NCBI RefSeq assembly: GCF_006345805.1 | Contig: NC_043019.1 | Location: 13,391,360 to 13,455,359 of the forward strand | Source: Octopus sinensis | Taxonomy: Eukaryota | DNA length: 64,000 bases | Direction of reading: 5' to 3' | Part shown: piece after piece, positions 26,410-38,833 of the stretch | Layout of the letters: every line of letters starts with the position of its first letter | Position numbering within the stretch: position 1 is the first letter of the stretch | Position numbers and translations under genes: made by a program | The notes under the pieces: model-generated | What the model was told of the DNA's origin: nothing | Seen by the model: the letters and a program-made list of their open reading frames with translations, nothing else | Databases searched by the model: none

Positions 26410-27723
26410 TGTTGTTGTTGTTATTATATTATTATTATTATTATTATTATATTATTATTATTATTATTATTGCTGCTGTTGTTGTCGTTATCTGAGCAGT
26501 GAGTGGGCTGACTTGTTAGCATGCAGGACAAAATGCTTAACGGCGCTTTGTCCGTCTTTGTATTCTGAGTTCAAACCCCACCCACACGTGACTTTGTCTT
26601 TTGTCTTTACGGGGACTCTTTTACTTGTTTCAGTCATTTGGGGGCACAAACACATACACACCACGTATATATATATCTATAATATATATATATATACACG
26701 TGACCGTAATATATATATATATATAAGCGTATATAAATATGTCTATGTATATATATTATATGGCTACATGTATGTATATATATGTAAGTCTATATATATG
26801 TCTATGCATATATATTATATGGCTACATGTATGTATATATATGTAAGTCTATATATATGTCTATGCATATATATTATATGGCTACATGTATGTATATATA
26901 TGTAAGTCTATATATATGTCTATGCATATATATTATATCCGTGTATGTATATGTATGCATATATACACACACACACACTAGCACACAGGTGTTGTCGTAG
27001 TTGTTTCTTTAGACCAATGTAGGATGTGAAGATATTTCCGTGTTATTTCTATGACAAGTTAAACATCAGATACACCAAACACCCTGAAAGTAAAAGAACA
27101 AAGAAAAACAGCAAAAGTTAATAATAAAATACTGAAAAAAGAAAAAAAAGAAAGGAAAACAATTAAAGAAAACCATCCAATGAAATAACGAAATAATAAC
27201 ATGCAAGATTTTTAAACCAAACCAACCAAAATGTCCATATTTTCTTTCTTTTTTTTTTCACATATCTGTTTGTTTGGAAATCTTTTAGTAGGAGCTTCTA
27301 TTCGCATACTCTCTCTTTTTACTCTTTTACTTGTTTCAGTCATTCGACTGCGGCCATGCTGGAGCACCGCCTTTAGTCGAGCAAATCGACCCCGGGACTT
27401 ATTCTTTTGTAAGCCCAGTACTTATCTATCGGTCCTCTTTTGCCGAACCGCTAAGTGACGGGGACGTAAACACAGCAGCATCGGTTGTCAAGCAATGCTA
27501 GGGGGACAAACACAGACACACAAACATATACACACACACTTATATATATATACATACATACGACAGGCTTCTTTCAGTTTCCGTCTACCAAATCCACTCA
27601 CAAGGCATTGGTCGGCCTGGGGCTATAGCAGAAGACACTTGCCCAAGATGCCACGCAGTGGGACTGAAGCCGGAACCATGTGCTTGGTTAGCAAGCTACT
27701 TACCACACAGCCACCCCTGCGCC

Positions 27724-27763
<40 letters not shown>

Positions 27764-27770
27764 GTTATTG

Positions 27771-27823
<53 letters not shown>

Positions 27824-28030
27824 GCTGCTGTTGTTGTCGTTATCTGAGCAGTGAGTTGGCTGACTTGTTATCATGCAGGACAAAATGCTTAACGGCGCTT
27901 TGTCCGTCTTTGTATTCTGAGTTCAAACCCCACCCACGGTGACTTTGTCTTTCGTCTTTACGGGGTTACTCTTTTACTTGTTTCAGTCATTTGGGGGCAC
28001 AAACACATACACACACACGTACATATATAT
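25331..28030. repeat. Near-identical tandem duplication, unit ~1364 bp
   Basis: CACGTGACCGTAAT at 25333 and 26697; each copy holds a 3x59-bp minisatellite, a minus-strand CORE SINE, (ATT)n and a partial Meta-like SINE. Confidence 0.95.
25930..26350 (-). mobile_element. CORE-type SINE (duplicated at 27300-27722)
   Basis: Reverse complement of the 8565-8970 family. Confidence 0.8.
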
Positions 28031-28519
28031 ATATATATATATATACGACGGGTTTCTTTTGGTCGGCCTGAGGCTATAGTAGAAGACACTTGCCCAAGGT
28101 GCCACGCAGTGGGACTGAACCCGGAACCGTGTGGTTGGTAAACAAGCTACTTACCACACAGCCACTCTACCAATGAAATACTGGGGACCGATGTAATCAA
28201 CTAGTCCCCTCCCCCCACCCCCAAATTTCAGGCCTTGTGCCTTTAGTAGTGAGGATTAGTATTGTTGTTGTTCTTGATGATGTTGTCATTATGTGAGCTG
28301 GCAGAATTGTTAGCGCACCAGGCAAAATGCTTTGTGGCACTTTGTCGAGCTTCATGTTCTGAGTTCAAATTCCACCAACGTCGACTTAGTCTTTCATCTT
28401 TTCAGGGTTGATGAACTAAGTACCAGTTATGCCCTGGGGTCAATGTAATCAACTACCCACCACCCAACAAATTTCTGGCTATGTGTGTAAAAAGGATCCT
28501 TATTATTATTATTATTATT

Positions 28520-28972
28520 AAAGCAAGTAAGCTCGCGGAGTCTTCAACAGACTGGGGAGGGATATGCTTAGCAGTATTTCTTCTGTCTCCATGTTCTGAG
28601 TTCAAATTCCGCTTAGGTCAACTTAGCCTTTCAACCTTTCCAGGTCAACAAATTAAGTACCAGTTACGCACTGGGGTCGCTATAATCAACTTAATCCCTT
28701 CCCCCAAAATTGAGGCCTTGTGGGTACGGACCGACTCGAGAGCTGCGATTCGTTACGGACCCGGATTTTCAAGGGCCGCCGAGAGCGCACCGGACGCCGC
28801 CCGAGACGCGGCGCTCTACAGGTACCATATCCGTATCTCCGGACGAGCTGATTCCATGGACGCGGCCCTTTACGAAGAAGAGAGAACTCTTCCCCAGGGC
28901 TCCCGGCAACGTCTCCGGGCTCGCTTGCGTTGCTGCTGCTTCCAGTAGAAAGGATTATTATTATTATTATTA
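28520..28972 (+). mobile_element. Meta/RUDI-like SINE carrying an rRNA insertion in its 3' tail
   Basis: SINE body ends at GGCCTTGTG (28722), resumes at TGCTTCCAGTAGAAAGG-(ATT)n (28937); the uninterrupted tail form is seen on the minus strand at ~53117-53140. Confidence 0.8.
28721..28936 (-). rRNA. 28S: 28S rRNA fragment (non-functional, ~215 bp, region just 3' of expansion segment D7b)
   Basis: Minus strand reads GAGCCCGGAGACG...GGGGAAGAGTTCTCTCTTCTT...GGCGGCGTCCGGTGCGCTCTCGGCGGCCCTTGAAAATCCGGG...CCGTACCCA, collinear with the conserved eukaryotic LSU segment GGGGAGAGTTCTCTTTTCTT...GGCGGCGTCCGGTGAGCTCTCGCTGGCCCTTGAAAATCCGGGG...CCGTACCCATATCCGC (recalled). Confidence 0.9.
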
Positions 28973-30049
28973 TGAGTTCTTCTTTCAGTTTTGTTTATTT
29001 CTTGCTGTGTATCTTCCTGACTCCTTGGATTATTATTTTGGTTTGGCTCAGTTTTGGTTTTATTCCTGCTGGGATTCATGTGGGTGGCAAGTTGCTAGTA
29101 TTGTTACTGTTGTTGTTATTATTGGTTTTGTACTTTCTGTTTTTTTTTGTTGTTTTTGTTACTTTGTCATTATATTTCTCTCTCTCTTTTTCCTACATTG
29201 GTCTAAAGAAACAATGACAACACCTGTGTGCTAGTGTGTGTGTGTATACACATATACATACATGCATATAATATATATACATAGACATATATATACACTT
29301 AAGTATATATATATATACATACATATAGACATATATATACACTTATATATATGTGTGTCATCATCATTTTTATATTTCTCTCTCTCTTTCTCTCTTTATC
29401 TTTTTCTATCTCTTTCTGTCTTTCTCTTCTCTCTTCTTTCCTCTCTCTCTGTCTCTTCCTGATATCATCATCATCTTTCTTTCTTATTCTTTTTTTCCTT
29501 CTAACCCTTCTCCGTCTTCCTTATTTCTCTTTAGCCTTTCTTCTTCTCCTCATCCTCCAACTCCGTATCATTCTTTTCCTTCTTTCTTTCCCTGCCACTT
29601 CCTCTTCCTTCTTTTTCCTCCCTTTTCTTCCTTGCTCATCTCTCTTCCGTTTTCTTCTTCGTCTCGTCTCGTCTCCTTCCATCCGATTTTCCTTGTATCT
29701 TCCTTCCATCTTAACTTGCGATGACTAAAAATTAATAAATACAACCCTTTCCTAGTAAACACAAACACTGCCCTGCAAGCTTCCCTACGCCCCCACAAAC
29801 CCACCCACCCTCCACTTGCATCCACCCTCACCCCACCCCACCCCACCCAAGAAAGAGTCTTACTTCAAACTGTTGGTCTTCAAAATTTTTTGCTGAGTTT
29901 AACAAAAAAATGTTCCTATTTTGTATATATGTTTAGGTGATCTGTCAGCAGGTGGGGGAGTGGGAAGGAGGGTGGAGGTGGAGGAGCTGTAAACTTTTTT
30001 TTTGCGGTTGGGTAGTGCAGCTTCCTTGCATCTCTCGCTGGATCTTGAG

Positions 30050-31910
30050 TGATGACGGTGGTGGTGGTGATGGTAGCAAGGATGATGTTGGTGATGGTGG
30101 TTCTGTTGATCACGGTGGTAATGGTAGGGATGATGATGTTGGTGATGATGGTAACGGTGGTGATGGTGCTGGTGGTGGTAGCAATGATGATGATGGTGGT
30201 GGTTCTGGTGATGATGGTAACGATGGTAGTAGTGATGGTAACAATGATGGTGGTGGTAGTGGTGGTGATAGTGATGATGATAATGATGATGCTGGTGATG
30301 GTAGTAATGATGATGATGGTGGTGATGATGATGATGATGGTAGCAGTGGTAGTGTGGTTATGATATTTTATCCCTAGGATTTTGTTTCCTTTTCTTTTTT
30401 CTCATTTGTTCCTCATGATTTTGTCCCAAACAATGCTTTAGGGCCCCTGTAGCCTAAGGACCACAAAGAAAAGAAGAAGGTACTTATAAATTCAAAAAAC
30501 GAAAGCTTGACCCCTTAGAATTCAAACTGGCCATATCCAGCCAAAATATTCCACCTGTATAATGTTCAAACTGGCCATATCTGGCCTCTCACACCTATCC
30601 TACAATGTCATTATAAAAGTAAAACAATCACGTCATTTGCACCAGCACTGTTAGTACAGGTGATATTGGCAGAGGTGGTTGTTGTCTTGGTGGTGGTGGT
30701 AGTGGTGATGGTGGTTGTTGCTACTGGTGATTAGACAGCAGTAGAAGCGGTGGTGGTGGTGGTGGTGGTGGTAGTAGCACATTAAGTGGGATAGTTGTCT
30801 AGACATGAGCAGTGTTAGGTGGTGGTGGTGATTGAGTGGGTAATGACAATGAAGATGATAACATCAACGATGGTATAAGATGGTTTGTAAGATGAGAGCC
30901 ATGATGCTACTGATGATGATGATGATGATTATTGTGGTGGTGGCAGTTTTGGTCATCATTGTCGTGACAGTTGTTGTTGTTGGTGGTGGGGTGGTTAATG
31001 ACGGTGAGGATGATAGCATTGACGGTAACGGTATAGGATGGTTTGTGAGAGAGTGACAACGATGATGATGATGATAATGATCGCAGTGGTAGTGGTGATG
31101 GTCATCATCATTGCCATGGTGACTGTTGCTGTTGTTTTGTTGTTGTTGGTGTTGGTGGTGGTGGTGGTGGTGGTGGTGACCACGATTATAACCTTGATCA
31201 TACAGGATTGTATGAATGATTGAGAGCTGTGCTGGTGATGATGATTATGATGATAATCATAATGATGGTTATCATTTGGTGGTGGTGGTGGTGGTGGTCA
31301 TATTTGATATGGTTGTAGTGATGATGATGATGATGATGTAGTAGAGTTGTCTCGTTGTGAGCAATATTAATTTAGTGGTGGCAGTAAAGGTTACAGTACA
31401 GGTAGTAGCGGTGGTGATGGTGGTGGTGGTGGTTATGTAGGATGGTTATCTGTCTACATGAGAGCAATCATAGAATTGATGGTCTTGATGATAATGATGA
31501 TGATGACGATGATGATAATTATGGCTGTGGTGGTAGTGGTGGTCATGGAGTATGTTGGACAGTTGCAGAGACAAGAGCTGTGCAGGTGGTGATGGCGATG
31601 GTGGTGGTGGTTGTGGTGGTACTGGAGAGTTTTCTGTCTATACAAAAGTAATTGTAGAGGTTTGTGGTAATGATGGTGATGGTGAAGGTGATGGTATTGA
31701 ACAGTTACAGAGACGAGTGGTGGCGGTGGTGGTGGTCGTGGTGGTGGCAGCGCAGAAGGGTTGCCTGTCTACACAAGAGTAATCATAGAGACTATGGTAC
31801 CGATGATGATGATGATAATGATGATGACAATGATGATGACAACGATGATGATGATGATTATGGTAGTGCTGGTTGTGGTGGTGGTGGTGGTGGTGGTGGT
31901 GGTGGTGCCT
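30050..31910. repeat. Long cryptic (GGT/GAT)n region
   Basis: Directly visible; interrupted by a MITE fragment at ~30510-30640. Confidence 0.9.
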
Positions 31911-33574
31911 GCGATGCTATAGCGATAAGGTGTTTAGTCAGCGAAACTTTATTGTTGTCGTTCATAATCGGAGAATCAAGTTTTAAACATTTATGCATAT
32001 GTATACATGTGCTTACATATGTGTATTCTTGCACACATGTATATGCATAGGTGTCTATATGTATTTGTATATGTGTGTGCCTTGTGCAAAATTTTCTGTT
32101 TTAGTACTTACCGAGATTAATTTTCATTGATTTGTATACTTAAACACCAATATTGTGGACCAGTACTGCATATATAAAAGCATATCTAGTTGTGCAGCTT
32201 TGTATGTGTTTGTGTGTGAGGGGAGCGGGGTTGTGCGTGGACAGAATGGGGCACAAGGGGTGGGGGGCAGTGGTATATTGTCTGGAGTTTTAAGCCCCCT
32301 TCTCCACAAAGTTAAAGAGTAATTGCACCGCACGTGCTTGGGTAATTAAAACATCGAGGTTTCACCCTTGTCTGATCTTGGCAGCCTTTCCTAGGAAGTG
32401 GAGGTCATACGCTAGTCTCCAATCTATCTATCAGACAAAACGGCCCGGAGAAATTTGGTCATTTCCTCTGACACCCAACTCCCACCCCACCCCCACTCAC
32501 CTCCATCATCTCCTGCTGTTGCTGCTGCCGGTGGTTTTAATGATATATTGGTCAATATAGAATTATGAATTGCACTGATGTCTGGCTAAAGTCTGGTTGT
32601 TTAGCCCCAGGTCAGTACTGATTGGCTGGACAGATCAATGATCTGTAGCATTCCAAGTGTGATCATACCATATTTTATCTTTTTTCTTTTTTTTTTTGTC
32701 ATATTTTATTTTCAGGTTGTTTGCTATGTTCTCCTTTTATCTTTAACTTGTCCTGCTCAATGAACTGTGGCCATGCTGGGGCGATCACCTTAGAGGGTTT
32801 AGTTTAGACATAATGACTCCATTATTTACTTTTTTTAAAGTTTGGTAGTGATCTTCCTTGGTCTCTTTCACTGAACCACTAAGTTACAAGGACATAAACA
32901 AACCAACACTAGGTGACGCTAGTAACTATCGCACTCAACTGGTACTTTTTACGTGCCACTGGCACAGAAGCTAGTAAGCTGCTCTGGCAACGATCATGCT
33001 TGGATGGCGCTCTTAGCGCTCCACTGGCACAGGTGCCAGTGATCAAATGTGGCTGCTAAAGTGATCTTCTTAACCAGGGTGTGATTTCAAGGTGATTTAG
33101 CTGCTGTTTCTAGCAGATAGACTGTCCATTTATGAACACCACTTCATACATTTACCGTTGCCACCAGCATTTTGTCACCATATTTCTGTTGAAATATGAA
33201 TTAGCTTTGCTCCAATTAATTTTGAAAACTAATGAAGAATTAAAAATTTAGCAACACAAATTTCTTGTTATTACTAACCTGGCGTTTGGAACATAAATTA
33301 ACGAGAAAATTTGGTGGGAGGTTTTAATTTATTTGACTTTAGAACAGGTGGTTTTCATATCATAAAACCATAGACTGACTCAGAAATACAATATTTAACC
33401 CTTTTGTTGCCGTATTTCTGTAGAACTGCATTGCTTTCATTCCAGTTAATTCTTAAATAACAAAGTATTTAGATTTTAGTGGGTGTGTGGTAAGAAACTT
33501 GCTTCCCAACCACATTGTTCCGGGTTCAGTCCCACTACATGGCAATTTGGACAAGCCTCTTCTACTACTTTTTT

Positions 33575-33995
33575 TTTTTTTGCCTACAAGGGGCGAAACA
33601 GAGGGGATAAACAAGATCAGACAAAGGGATTAAGTCGATTACATCGACCCCAGTGCGTAACTAGTACTTAATTTATCAACCCCGAAAGGATGAAAGGCAA
33701 AGTCGACCTCGGCGGAATTTGAACTCAGAATGTAATGGCAGACGAAATACTGCTAAGCATTTCGCCCAGCGTGCTAACGTTTCTTATTTGTTTATTGCCC
33801 ACAAGGGGCTAAGCACAGAGGGAACAAAGAGATTAAGTCAATTACATCGACCCCAGTGCGTAACTGGTACTTAATTTATCGACCCTGAAAGGATGAAAGG
33901 CAAAGTCGACCTCTGCGGTATTTGAACTCAGAACGTAGTGGCAGACAAAATACTGCTAAGCATTTCACCCGGCATGCTAACGTTTCTGCCAGCTC
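33575..33995 (-). mobile_element. Two head-to-tail Meta/RUDI-like SINE units
   Basis: Two GACCC(C/T)GAAAGGATGAAAGGCAAAGTCGACCTC motifs ~190 bp apart. Confidence 0.8.
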
Positions 33996-34124
33996 ACAGT
34001 TTCTTCTACTATAGCTTTGGGCTGACCGAAGCCTTGTGAGTGGACTTGACAGGTGGAAACTAAAAGAAGCCCATCATGTGTATGTGTCTTTGTGTCTGTT
34101 TGTCCCCTCACCTCCACACTTTAA

Positions 34125-34850
34125 CAACTGATGACACGTAAAAGCACCCACTACATTCTCAGAGTGGTTGGTGCTTTGAAGGGCATCCAGCTTTAGAAAC
34201 TCTGCCAGATCAGATTGGAGCCTGGTGCAGCCATCTGGTTCACCAGTTGTCAGTCTAATCGTCCAACCCATGCCAACATGGAAAGCAGACGTCAAACAAC
34301 GATGATGATGATAATGTGGTAGGGTGGTGTAAACGGGCAGTGTCAGAGCTATGCCATCGGGAACTTCGGTTCCTGGTAGGGCCACCCAAGGCAGATTGGT
34401 CTGGCACCGAGCGGTATTAGGGCCACAGCCTAGCCAACGGGGCTCTGGTGAAAATTCCAAGAGGCGTCTGATTGGCAACCGGCAGCTTCGAGGTCATTTT
34501 GTCCTTATGTCTGTGGAGACTCCGCGGCAAACAAGGCGTCCCGTCACTCGGGATATGCATGCGGGATGTCGGGGACCATTTGTGAATTCAATATTCCCAC
34601 AAAACTTCTTCTCGGAGAAGAAGCCGGCTCAACCTGCCCTGGGTGAATGCAGTCAGTCACAAGTGCATGCCACCATCGGAGTGGTTGGTGCTAGGAAGGG
34701 CATCCAGCTGTAGAAACTCTGCCAGATCAGATTGGAGCCTGGTGAAAAGCCTGGTGCAGCCATCTGGTTTGCTAGTCCTCATTCAAATCGTCCAACCCAT
34801 GCCAGCATGGAAAGCTGACATTAAACGACAACGATGATGATGATGATGAT
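34125..34850 (+). mobile_element. Two RTE-related retroposons; the second is preceded by a 350-bp GC-rich segment
   Basis: Cores at ~34140-34310 and ~34675-34850, each ending in (GAT)n; intervening segment contains CCTGGTAGGGCCACCCAAGGCAG. Confidence 0.6.
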
Positions 34851-35647
34851 GTTCCTTTCGAACCACGATGGGAATTGATACCTAGTCCCTCTTTCATCAT
34901 ACACTGGCTGGATCAAGGCTGACTCAGAGCCAAACTGTGCCAAGAGTAATCCACCACATGAAGTGAAACAAATTCATCCAAGTACGCCACATTCAAATGA
35001 GCTCAGTTGCAGGCTTGGCTCGCCATGAATTCATCACCTTTCTCGATAGATTTATACGTTATCAGATGGTGTTATCAAGTCATATTTTTTATCACTTTAT
35101 TTTTGCTTTGTCTTTGTTTTTTTTTTTGTTTTGTTTTGTTTTGTTTTTTGTGTTTTGTTCTTAATTCTTGTGTTGAACATTCTTTTAATCTTGCGTGTAT
35201 GTGCTTTTGTCTGGAGTTTTAGAGGGAAAAAGACCATACGAGTGTGCACATGTGTATGTACACACACACACACACACACACGCACATTTAAGTACATATA
35301 TTTACATCTACATAGATATTATACATAGAAATACATATGTGTGTGTGTGTGTGTATGTATAAATATATATATATAGTGTGTGCATGTCTGTGTATATATA
35401 TATGAATATACACAGCACACACACACACACATATATGTAATGTATATATTATACAATGTATAATATATATAAACGTATATAATATATATATATATATACA
35501 TATATATACACACCTACAAATACATATATATATGTATATATACACATATAATTATATATACATATACATATATATGTGTATATATACATATACATGTATA
35601 TGTGTGTATATATTATATATATAATATATATACATATACATATAATA

Positions 35648-35693
<46 letters not shown>

Positions 35694-36287
35694 TATCCAT
35701 ATAATATAAATATATATATGTATGTATGGTATATATATATATATATAATTATATGTATGTTGTATATACCATTACATATAATTATAAATTTATGTATTTA
35801 TACATATACATATATATGTATATATACATATACACTCACACACACATATACACGTGTGTGTGTGTGCATGTATACAGCTGTGTTGCTCTCATAACATCAT
35901 AGCCCCACAGTCTGCCATCTGATGTGAGAAGTTATGTGTTCTATAAATTATGGACACTACAGAGAACACAGCTAGAATATTCCGGAGGTGTCTGTTTTCT
36001 CTCGTCTGTTTTGCACAGAAGTAAATGGGGAAATGAAATGAAATTATTATTAATAAAGCTGTGCTGAATAAGGCACTTCGGCTTTTGTCTATGTGTGTAG
36101 GCTTGTATATACGCATAAATATGTATTGCTTTTCAAGTACGAGTCTTGTTGCTTGTGGTGACTATCACTAGTCTCCTGTAATTCTGCTTCATCTATATCT
36201 ATCTATCTATCTACCAACAGATAGACGGGTATTCATATTGCATGTGTGTGTCTGTGTATATATATGTGTGTATATATATATATATAT

Positions 36288-36699
36288 AAGTTAAGTTAAG
36301 TTAGTTAAGTTAATTTTTTGGCTCAAAAAGCAAAAAGCAAGGTCATGGAGTTATGCATAGGGTGATGTTCATGCAAAGAGTTCAGGCCATTTGTGATCAA
36401 GGGAGACTTTGAACCGAGCGGTCGTCGGCATCTTCACTATCTCGTCTGGCAGCTTATTCCACAGACCCGCAACCCTGGACGGAGAAAGCTCCTCTCCTTC
36501 AATTGAGATGAAATCGTCGCAGGTAGAGCTTTTCGGAATAACCCCGCAGCTGACGCTCTGGAGCAGGAGTGAAGAACAGCTCTTTCGAGAGGTTACACTT
36601 TCCGCTTATGATGTTGTGAGCAAGAATGAGATCACCACGGCGGCTGCGTTTTTCTAGAGAATAAAGGTCGAGCGTCTTCAGCCTTTCTTCATAGGACAA
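36288..36699 (-). mobile_element. CR1-type LINE 3' fragment (5'-truncated, disrupted ORF2 C-terminus)
   Basis: Translation SYEERLKTLDLYSLEKRSRRGDLILAHNII matches the CR1 ORF2 C-terminal motif (SYEERL..L.L.SLE.RR.RGDLI); (TTAAC)n tail. Confidence 0.9.
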
Positions 36700-36956
36700 A
36701 GTTAAGTTAAGTTAGTTAAGTTAATTTTTTGGCTCAAAAAGCAAAAAGCAAGGCCATGTAGGGGGACATGGAGTTATGTATAGGGTGGTGTTCATGCAAA
36801 GAGTTCAGGCCATTTGTGATCAAGGGAGACTTTGAACCGAGCGGTCGTCAGCATCTTCACTATCTCTTCCGGCAGCTTATTCCACGGATCCGCAACCCAG
36901 ACGGAGAAAGCCCCTCTCCTTCGATTGTGGTGAAATCGTCGCAGATAGAGCTTTTT
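36699..36956 (-). mobile_element. Second CR1 3' fragment in tandem
   Basis: KKLYLRRFHHNRRRGAFSVWVADPWNKLPEEIVKMLTTARFKVSLDHKWPELFA-stop; same tail. Confidence 0.9.
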
Positions 36957-37339
36957 GTATATGTATATATGTGGAAGTGTAATGGCCCAATGGTTAGGGC
37001 AGCTGAGTCATGGTTGTAGGATCGCAGTTTCAATTCCCAGATCGAGCTTTGTGAGTGTTATTGAGCAAAAACCACCTAAAAGCCCAAGGGATCCTGCTGC
37101 ACAAACTTTTCTCTTCTTCTTCTGTTGCCTGCTCACTTTGCCAGCGGCTGGTGGCGTCATTTGAAGGCGAATTAAAACAATGTGAAAAACGCATTTCTGA
37201 ACAGCGATGTGCAGCAACATATGCTGGATAGCCTGGCAGTCACGGTGATATATTGTATATGTAGATAGATAGCCATCTATCGTGTGTGCTGTGTGTGTGT
37301 GTGTGTATATTATATTATATTATATATATATATATGATT

Positions 37340-37376
<37 letters not shown>

Positions 37377-37429
37377 GTATATCATCATCATTGTTTTCAA
37401 TCTGTTTTACATGCTGGCATGGGTTGATC

Positions 37430-37675
37430 GCTGGTTCACAATGCAATTCGCATTATTTAGCCTCGAATGACAACTAAGCGAGCAGGACACACAGAAGAAA
37501 GAGAGGAGGGAAGAGTGTTGAAAGAGTACAGCAGGGATCACCACCCCCTGCTGGAGCGTCGTGGAGCTTTTAGGTGTTTTCGCTCAATAAACACCCAACG
37601 CCTCGTTGGGAATCGAAAACCGCGATCTTACGACCGCGAGTCCGCTGCCCTAACCATGGGCTATTGCGCCTCCAC
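37430..37675 (-). mobile_element. SINE family 3, diverged tail type 2
   Basis: Ends in ATTGCGCCTCCAC (reverse complement of the head). Confidence 0.75.
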
Positions 37676-37679
37676 AAAT

Positions 37680-37684
37680 AAATA

Positions 37685-37766
<82 letters not shown>

Positions 37767-37914
37767 ATATATACTATATATATAAATATTCTAATATATA
37801 TATATATATATATAATATATATATATATATATCTACTATATATATTATATATAATATAATATATATGTATATATATATATATATATTATATAATATATAT
37901 ATAATATATAATAT

Positions 37915-37970
<56 letters not shown>
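37680..37970. repeat. (TA)n block
   Basis: Directly visible. Confidence 0.95.
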
Positions 37971-37974
<4 letters not shown>

Positions 37975-38081
37975 AGTAGAAATGGTTAAAGAAAATTTTT
38001 TGGGGCTGCTATTTCTAAAAATTTCAGTATGTGGCAAAGTAAATTATTTACTGAGCCCTTAATTATATAAAGTTTATATAT

Positions 38082-38121
<40 letters not shown>

Positions 38122-38833
38122 CGAGAGCGAGAGATAAAGAGAAAGATTTATTCGTGTTTGTGGGTGTGTATATATGTATATATGTGCATGTGCAACATTG
38201 TTTGCATGCATGCACATTAAATTAGTTCCTCCCGGAAAATATAAAAATCTTTCCAATATACATTTGTGCATGTGTGTGTGTGTGGTGTGTGTGCTGCCTG
38301 CATGCATGTGTATGTGTGTGTGTGTGTTTGTGTGTAAATAGGGTTGTTTGTGTCTACACGAACAGATATATTTAGATATGTGATTTTTGTTCCTTATTTA
38401 TACACACCAGTGTATAGATATGTATATATACCTAAACATATATATATATATATATGTGTGAAATAAATAAATATTCATATGAAGATACACACGCACCGTA
38501 CGCACTCGTGTGTGTTTGTTTATGTGGGTTTGCGTGCATGCACATATTAAATTAGTTGCTTGCACAAAACATTAAAAATATTCCCACTAATTGATGATAA
38601 ATGTTTGCAAGAATTCTGGAAGAATTATGGCACTTTGTCTTCATTACTAGGTTCCTGATAACATCGTGAACTACAGTGTACGTTCAGAGATATGTCACAC
38701 ACTATCTCGCTTGGTAAAATGTATGTGAAAACCATCCCATTTCTTATCTGTCAGGCTCTGCTCCAGGCTTGAAATTCACAGCATGCAATTAACGCCCACA
38801 CGTGCACATACATGCATACTTATGTACATATGC

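Noticed and set aside
28481-29234. GC-rich ORFs of 155 and 174 aa
   Set aside because: They are read-throughs of the antisense 28S fragment plus SINE and (ATT)n.
32110-32163. Minus-strand exon with strong donor CG|GTAAGT
   Set aside because: Stops in all three frames and only a moderate acceptor; no support as a coding exon.
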